Source: Candidatus Woesearchaeota archaeon (GTDB taxonomy: Archaea > Nanobdellota > Nanobdellia > Woesearchaeales > GW2011-AR4). From it: a DNA stretch of 32,047 nucleotides. Where the stretch lies: positions 1-32,047 of the forward strand of contig JACPMT010000040.1 of the NCBI GenBank assembly GCA_016185815.1. The letters are read 5' to 3'. Below, one piece after another: positions 27,213 through 32,047 of this stretch; position 1 is the stretch's first letter; each line of letters begins with the position of its first letter. The notes under the pieces are model-generated. The model worked only from the letters and a program-made list of their open reading frames with translations. It was not told the origin of the DNA and did no database searches. Made by a program: the position numbers and the translations under genes.

Positions 27213-27818
27213 TTATCTCACAACCCCTTTCCCTTCCAGATAATGCCCAAGCTTTTCTTTTTTTGTTTTAAGGTACCTTTTGTTGATTTTATTTGGCTTT
27301 ATCACAATCGGAACTCTTTCAGCAATCTCCAAGCCATATTTTTCAAGCCCCTCAATTTTTCTTGGGTTGTTTGTCAGCAGCCTTATTGTTGAAAGCCCGA
27401 GGTCGGCAAGTATTTGCGCCCCTATTGTGTAGTCCCTTGCGTCTGCCTTAAAGCCGAGCTTTACGTTTGCCTGCACAGTATCCATGCCGTGATCCTGCAG
27501 GTGATAGGCTGCAATCTTGTTCATCAAGCCAATGCCCCTGCCTTCCTGAGCCATATACAGAAGCACCCCTCCTTTTTTCCCTATTATCCCAAGTGCCTTT
27601 TCAAGCTGAGGGCCGCAGTCGCATCTTAAGGAGCCAAGAGCATCCCCTGTAAGGCATTCCGAATGAACCCTTACAAAGACCTTTTTTTTGCCCTTAACAT
27701 CGCCCTTGACCAGAGCAAGATGCTGCCCTTTGTTATTGTCTTCATAGCATACAACCTTGAAAATGCCATATTTTGTAGGAAGGTTTGCTTCAACTGTCTT
27801 TCTGACTAGTTTCTTCAT
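27213..27818 (-). CDS. ribA: GTP cyclohydrolase II
   Basis: [28 protein letters not shown] and LLTNNP. Confidence 0.97.
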   Translation of the reverse strand: MKKLVRKTVEANLPTKYGIFKVVCYEDNNKGQHLALVKGDVKGKKKVFVRVHSECLTGDALGSLRCDCGPQLEKALGIIGKKGGVLLYMAQEGRGIGLMNKIAAYHLQDHGMDTVQANVKLGFKADARDYTIGAQILADLGLSTIRLLTNNPRKIEGLEKYGLEIAERVPIVIKPNKINKRYLKTKKEKLGHYLEGKGVVR

Positions 27819-27957
27819 GCAAAAAGTGGTTTCAGGTTGTTATTTAAAATTTTCCCAACTTAAAACACCAACATTTAAACAAACTCACTCATTTTACTCG
27901 TTCGTAGTTTAAATTTTATGCAAAAATTTAAATATTAGAATATCATTACAATGTTTG

Positions 27958-28131
27958 ATGGAAATAAACAAAACAATCCTGATAAGCATTTATGCTCTTG
28001 TCGGGCTGTACATACTTTACAAGCTGTTCTTCAGGAAAAGCCCCTATCAGGATGAATATGAGAAATTATACAATGAAATATTGACCTCTGACAAGTACAA
28101 GGTCAAAGGGCAGTTTGACAAGGAAGAGTAA
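27958..28131 (+). CDS. Small single-pass membrane protein (57 aa)
   Basis: MEINKTILISIYALVGLYILYKLFFRKSPYQDEYEKLYNEILTSDKYKVKGQFDKEE*, with a TTTAAATA box about 25 nt upstream. Below the ORF-track cutoff. Confidence 0.75.
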   Translation: MEINKTILISIYALVGLYILYKLFFRKSPYQDEYEKLYNEILTSDKYKVKGQFDKEE

Positions 28132-28133
28132 GA

Positions 28134-28385
28134 CTATTTCCAAATTCTAGAACTAAAAAACAGCCATGCTAGAAATAAGACTAAAGAAAGCATTGCCACA
28201 AACCAAACCATGTTTTTGTCGTTGCCAAAGCCAAATGGTATTGGCCCGATAAAGCCTCCAACAGCGACTTTTGCGCCTGAAGCTCCTTGTTTAGCTCCCA
28301 TAAAAACACCAAAAAAGACTATTATAAACCCTATAACTATGAACAATATTCCAAGAGAGATCAGTTGTTCCACCCTTAGCGACAT
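28134..28385 (-). CDS. DUF131 / TIGR00304-like membrane protein
   Basis: TM helix, then GGFIGPIPFGFG, then a second TM helix. Confidence 0.8.
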   Translation of the reverse strand: MSLRVEQLISLGILFIVIGFIIVFFGVFMGAKQGASGAKVAVGGFIGPIPFGFGNDKNMVWFVAMLSLVLFLAWLFFSSRIWK

Positions 28386-28467
28386 AGCACTCTGTATATA
28401 AAGCAAGTACTTAAAATTTCCCTATTTTCTTAACATATATTCTCCAGTATGTATTAAAACCGAAAGG

Positions 28468-28658
28468 TATATAAATGGGTAATATACGAAAAGCTATACT
28501 AGTATATCTATATACAAAAAAGATATACTAGGGTTCAAAAAGGAGGCAAAGTGCAGTCTCGAACAGTGAACTCGTTTCACTATGTTCAGCTACCTACACC
28601 GCTTGGAAGGCAAAGAAACAATCGCTTTTTAGCCTTTGAAGAAATGCCTCTTTTTTGA
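28468..28658 (+). promoter_or_regulatory. TATA box, palindromic sites and structured leader
   Basis: TATATAAA at 28468, palindrome TATACTAGTATA at 28495-28506, and a 14-bp stem 28535-28548/28645-28658 enclosing two hairpins. Confidence 0.5.
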
Positions 28659-28673
28659 GAACTTGAGGTTGAA

Positions 28674-28934
28674 ATGGAGCCTGAACTTGAAACCTTTAGA
28701 GACAATGTGGATTTGTGGATAAAGCAGATTAGGAGGGAATTCACTGAATTCTCTGAGCTGCCCGGAATTGTAAACGAGAATGCAGACAACATCCAGCACA
28801 ATTATGAGTTAATCTACGAGCTTAAAGACGAGATTGAGGAGCTAAAGCAGGAAATCAACGCATTAAAATTAATCCAGATAATTAGCCTTAAGCAGAAGAT
28901 GAACCAGAAGGCGGAAGAGCAGACTCAAGCTTAG
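28674..28934 (+). CDS. Small coiled-coil hypothetical protein (86 aa)
   Basis: SD GAGGT upstream and a heptad-like ELIYELKDEIEELKQEINALK. Confidence 0.8.
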   Translation: MEPELETFRDNVDLWIKQIRREFTEFSELPGIVNENADNIQHNYELIYELKDEIEELKQEINALKLIQIISLKQKMNQKAEEQTQA

Positions 28935-29239
28935 TCCAGCTCATTGACTATCTTCTTTAAAACATTGTCAACAGCTACAAATAAATTTCTATCAGTTGTT
29001 TCAGAGGCGTAAACCTTGCCGTCGTCAACTATTTTTGCATGCACCTCGTATTTCTCGCTTTTCTCCCTTTCGTGGACTGGCTTAAGCGTGATATGCAGCG
29101 CATTCAGCTTTTTTGTCAGCTCTGCAATCCTCTTTGCGTAATTGCCAATCACTTTCTTGAGAACAACCATGGAGGAGCTGTCAATGTCCCTAAAGCCCGT
29201 CAACTGTATGTTGCCGCCAAGCGCAATGTCATCACCCAT
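28931..29239 (-). CDS. HPF/RaiA-like (ribosome hibernation) protein
   Basis: LHITLKPVH...KYEVHAKIV...YASETTDRNLFVAVDNVLKKI fits the HPF/S30AE pattern. Confidence 0.7.
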   Translation of the reverse strand: MGDDIALGGNIQLTGFRDIDSSSMVVLKKVIGNYAKRIAELTKKLNALHITLKPVHEREKSEKYEVHAKIVDDGKVYASETTDRNLFVAVDNVLKKIVNELD

Positions 29240-29338
29240 GCCGCTTGATTATCCATTCAATTATAAAAAGATTTTGATTTAATTGCATATGCTTTATCGG
29301 CAAAAGAAATATAAACACTGTTTTTTAACTATAAAACT

Positions 29339-30736
29339 ATGGCTTTAATGGAATCATTTTCTGGCATAAGGGGCATTTATGACAAAGATTTGACAGACAG
29401 CATTGCAGTGAGGTATGCTCATGCTTACTACTCTTTTTTAAGGAGTAAGACAGGCAAAAGCAAGCCTGCAGTTGTTATTGGAATGGACACAAGGCAGTCT
29501 GGGGTAAAAATAAGCGATGCGGTAATGGGCATTTTGGACTGCGATTTCATAGATGTCGGGATTGCCCCTACGCCAGCAATTGAATTTGCCGTCAGGCATT
29601 TTAATGCAGACGGCGGCATAATTATAACAGCCTCGCATAACGAGCCGTACTGGAACGGGTTCAAGTTTCTAGGAAGTGATGGCGCTGTTTTGGATGAAAA
29701 GGATATGAATTTGGTCATTAATAATTTCAAAATCAAGTCGCTTCCGAACTTCCACAAAATACAGGACAGGAAAATACTTGAGAAAAACAGCGAGATAATA
29801 AAAAAATATTCGGAATTTCTCCAGGAAATTGTCGGCAAAGAAAATATCATAAGAATAAGAAACTCAAAACAAAAAATTGTCCTTGACCCAAATGGGGGAA
29901 CTGGGGCGATTGCAAAAAAGATTCTTGAGCAAATGGATGCTGAAGTTGTTGGTGTAAACATGGCATATGGCGAATTCAACAGGGCAATTGAGCCCACTGA
30001 GGATTCGCTATTCTATCTGAAAAATATAATCGACGAAAAAAATGCGGACTTTGCAGCAGGGTTTGACTGCGATGCCGACAGAGTTGAGATTCTGTTAAAA
30101 AATGGGCAGTTATTGTCTGGCAATTACATCCTTGCGCTGGTTGTTGATGAAGTGTTGTCAAATTTGGGCAATCCCAAAGGCAAAATTGTTGTCGTAAACG
30201 ACGCAACATCCAATGTTGTCAGGGACATTGTTCAAAAATACGGCGCCAAGCTGAGGGAAGTTGAAGCAGGCGAAGCAAATGTTGTTGAGGAAATGCACAG
30301 TTCAAAGGCAATTGCCGGGGGAGAAGGCTCAAGCGGAGGCGCGATAATCCCGCCTTCAAAATGCAGGGACGGAATTTTAACATTGCTGATGATTTTGTCC
30401 ATTGTTGCCAAAAAGGAAAAAAAATTGGCAGACATAATTGACGAGCTGCCGAAATACTATACCCTAAGGAAGAAATTGGAATTTGACAGCTCAAAGCACA
30501 ACCCAATTAAAAAATCCATAAAAAACCATTATTCAAAAAAGGGCTTTGAAGTCAGGGAAAATGCCGGTATGAAAGGAAGCTTGAAAGTCATAACAGGCAA
30601 AAACTCTTTTATATGGTTCAGGGCGTCAAAAACAGAGGCAAATGTTTTCAGAATTATAAGTGATTCAAATAACGAAAAAGAAGCTCAAAAATTGATGGAA
30701 GAGGCAATTAAAATTTTTAACAAGGCAAATGAATAA
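29339..30736 (+). CDS. Phosphomannomutase/phosphoglucomutase family protein
   Basis: SGIRG, ITASHN, FDCDADR, GGEGSSG and RASKTE. Confidence 0.93.
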   Translation: MALMESFSGIRGIYDKDLTDSIAVRYAHAYYSFLRSKTGKSKPAVVIGMDTRQSGVKISDAVMGILDCDFIDVGIAPTPAIEFAVRHFNADGGIIITASHNEPYWNGFKFLGSDGAVLDEKDMNLVINNFKIKSLPNFHKIQDRKILEKNSEIIKKYSEFLQEIVGKENIIRIRNSKQKIVLDPNGGTGAIAKKILEQMDAEVVGVNMAYGEFNRAIEPTEDSLFYLKNIIDEKNADFAAGFDCDADRVEILLKNGQLLSGNYILALVVDEVLSNLGNPKGKIVVVNDATSNVVRDIVQKYGAKLREVEAGEANVVEEMHSSKAIAGGEGSSGGAIIPPSKCRDGILTLLMILSIVAKKEKKLADIIDELPKYYTLRKKLEFDSSKHNPIKKSIKNHYSKKGFEVRENAGMKGSLKVITGKNSFIWFRASKTEANVFRIISDSNNEKEAQKLMEEAIKIFNKANE

Positions 30737-31523
30737 GGCAAAAAAATTCATTGAAAGGCTGGAATTCGATTTATTGTCGGCATTGTTTAGTTATGCTGTT
30801 CCATTTATTAACAGAAAAATAAGAACAAAAACAGCACAAAAAGAACGGCAAAAAATAGGAAATCTTGAAAATATTGTAAACCAAAAACCAAAAATCAGTT
30901 TTGAAAACTTTAAAGAGCTTGAAACGCTGTTATTAAAAAACTTAAATGAAAACGTCAGGATAAATAAGAGAACTGGAATAGGCAAAAATTATGTTTTCTA
31001 CAATCTTGATATAACAAGAAAGAAAAATCAAAATAAAGCAACTAAATACTCAGTTTCCATAAAATACGAGGAAAACCAGCAGGAAGATAAATTAAAAATA
31101 TCTGTAAGGAAAGATGAAAAAGAGATTTATTCTGCCGAAATAGCCGATAAAAAAGATTTGAAAGACAAGGTTATTCCATACAGCATCAAGATTTCCTATG
31201 AAGACAATTACGCCGAAGAAAGGTTAAGCATAACCTACAGGCAGCAGTTAAAAAACTACATGCAGCAGCACATTGAAAGCAAGGAAGACATGACAAACAG
31301 AGTGCCTTTGAAATGGCTGAATATTCTGCCGGAAACTTTAATGGGCGGAGTTCTTGGCTTTACGTATCTTGGGGAGAATTTCATGGGCAGAAGGGCAGAC
31401 TTGACAGGCAAAACAGCAAGGATGGTGGACATACATGAAAGCATACATACTCCTGACGAGTATGAAACAAGAATTCTGACAAGCTGGATAATGGAAAAGG
31501 TTAGGGGAAAGTATATAAAATAA
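30729..31523 (+). CDS. Hypothetical protein with C-terminal HExxH motif
   Basis: GGVLGFTY...DIHESIHTPDEYETR, plus an internal repeat; overlaps the upstream stop. Confidence 0.75.
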   Translation: MNKAKKFIERLEFDLLSALFSYAVPFINRKIRTKTAQKERQKIGNLENIVNQKPKISFENFKELETLLLKNLNENVRINKRTGIGKNYVFYNLDITRKKNQNKATKYSVSIKYEENQQEDKLKISVRKDEKEIYSAEIADKKDLKDKVIPYSIKISYEDNYAEERLSITYRQQLKNYMQQHIESKEDMTNRVPLKWLNILPETLMGGVLGFTYLGENFMGRRADLTGKTARMVDIHESIHTPDEYETRILTSWIMEKVRGKYIK

Positions 31524-31524
31524 T

Positions 31525-31848
31525 TTATCTAGTTTCAGCTTTGAGGTTGTGCTGGATTGCAACCTTTTCCAGCTCACTTAATTCAAGCATTCTCCAGTCG
31601 CTTACATACGGATCGCTCGTACTGCCATAAGCAAAATTGACTTTGCCGTCCTTTACTCTTGCTGTCGGATAGCAAATTACATCTCCTGGATGACCGAATA
31701 AGCCCCTAGTGACTTGGTAATTCCTTAAGTAAGGGCCCCAACTAACCATTGCAGAAACACGTCCTGTGAAATTGGCTATTTCTTCTGGAGACAATAAACT
31801 GTCTGATACAAAATATAAACTTTTATGCCCGTTTTTTGACATTTTCAT
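31525..31848 (-). CDS. Hypothetical protein (107 aa)
   Basis: ORF with a TTTTAAAT box upstream; no recognisable motif. Confidence 0.6.
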   Translation of the reverse strand: MKMSKNGHKSLYFVSDSLLSPEEIANFTGRVSAMVSWGPYLRNYQVTRGLFGHPGDVICYPTARVKDGKVNFAYGSTSDPYVSDWRMLELSELEKVAIQHNLKAETR

Positions 31849-31914
31849 ATATATTATGATTATATGCCCATTTAAAAACCTTTCTATTTTATTAACTTTA
31901 AAGTAATAACTTTT

Positions 31915-31980
31915 AGTGCGAGGGCGCGCAAGAACCCTCGCTGGTTGAGCGTAGCGAAACCAGCAGTGAATTGCGCATAA
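31915..31980. repeat. GC-rich hairpin cluster
   Basis: GCGAGGG/CCCTCGC, GCGCAA/TTGCGC and GCTGGTT-GAGCGTAGCGA-AACCAGC. Confidence 0.45.
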
Positions 31981-32047
31981 CTATCTGCCCGAGCAAAGTT
32001 ATTATTCTGCAATTCTCAAAAAATAAATTGAGCGCATGATGGTTGCG

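Noticed and set aside
1..32047. CRISPR array, rRNA, transposase or integrase
   Set aside because: No regularly spaced repeats, rRNA-like sequence, or transposase/integrase ORF was detected. GTTRRRY-like words near the structured repeats are insufficient to call attC sites.

Overview
This is an archaeal chromosome segment, most consistent with a DPANN/Woesearchaeota-like lineage (inference). The evidence is Alba, an archaeal-type SRP54, EndoQ with a PIP box, TATA-box promoters and bulge-helix-bulge (BHB) introns, alongside a bacterial-type ThrRS and bacterial-type ribA/ribB/ribD. Core genes: a partial BatA/vWA protein, an AbrB-like regulator, thrS, a DUF4349 protein, srp54, a methyltransferase, intein-containing endoQ, a multi-intron tRNA-Tyr, alba, a CNNM/CorC protein, argS, ribB, ribD, an RHH-PIN toxin-antitoxin pair, carA, a disrupted carB, a free-standing LAGLIDADG endonuclease, GNAT and ACT proteins, ribA, an HPF-like protein and a phosphohexomutase. 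The most notable signals are missing from the ORF track: (1) a 26-aa Thr-rich leader peptide with a hairpin and U-tract directly upstream of thrS, resembling ribosome-mediated attenuation in an archaeon; (2) a 17-nt BHB intron in the protein-coding carB gene whose removal restores the conserved GEFDYSG motif, next to a free-standing homing endonuclease; (3) a tRNA-Tyr whose anticodon is split by an intron; (4) a family of double-hairpin palindromic elements, one inserted in frame in SRP54; (5) an intein in the EndoQ active site and several structured intergenic RNAs. All calls come from manual reading; no database searches or folding programs were run.
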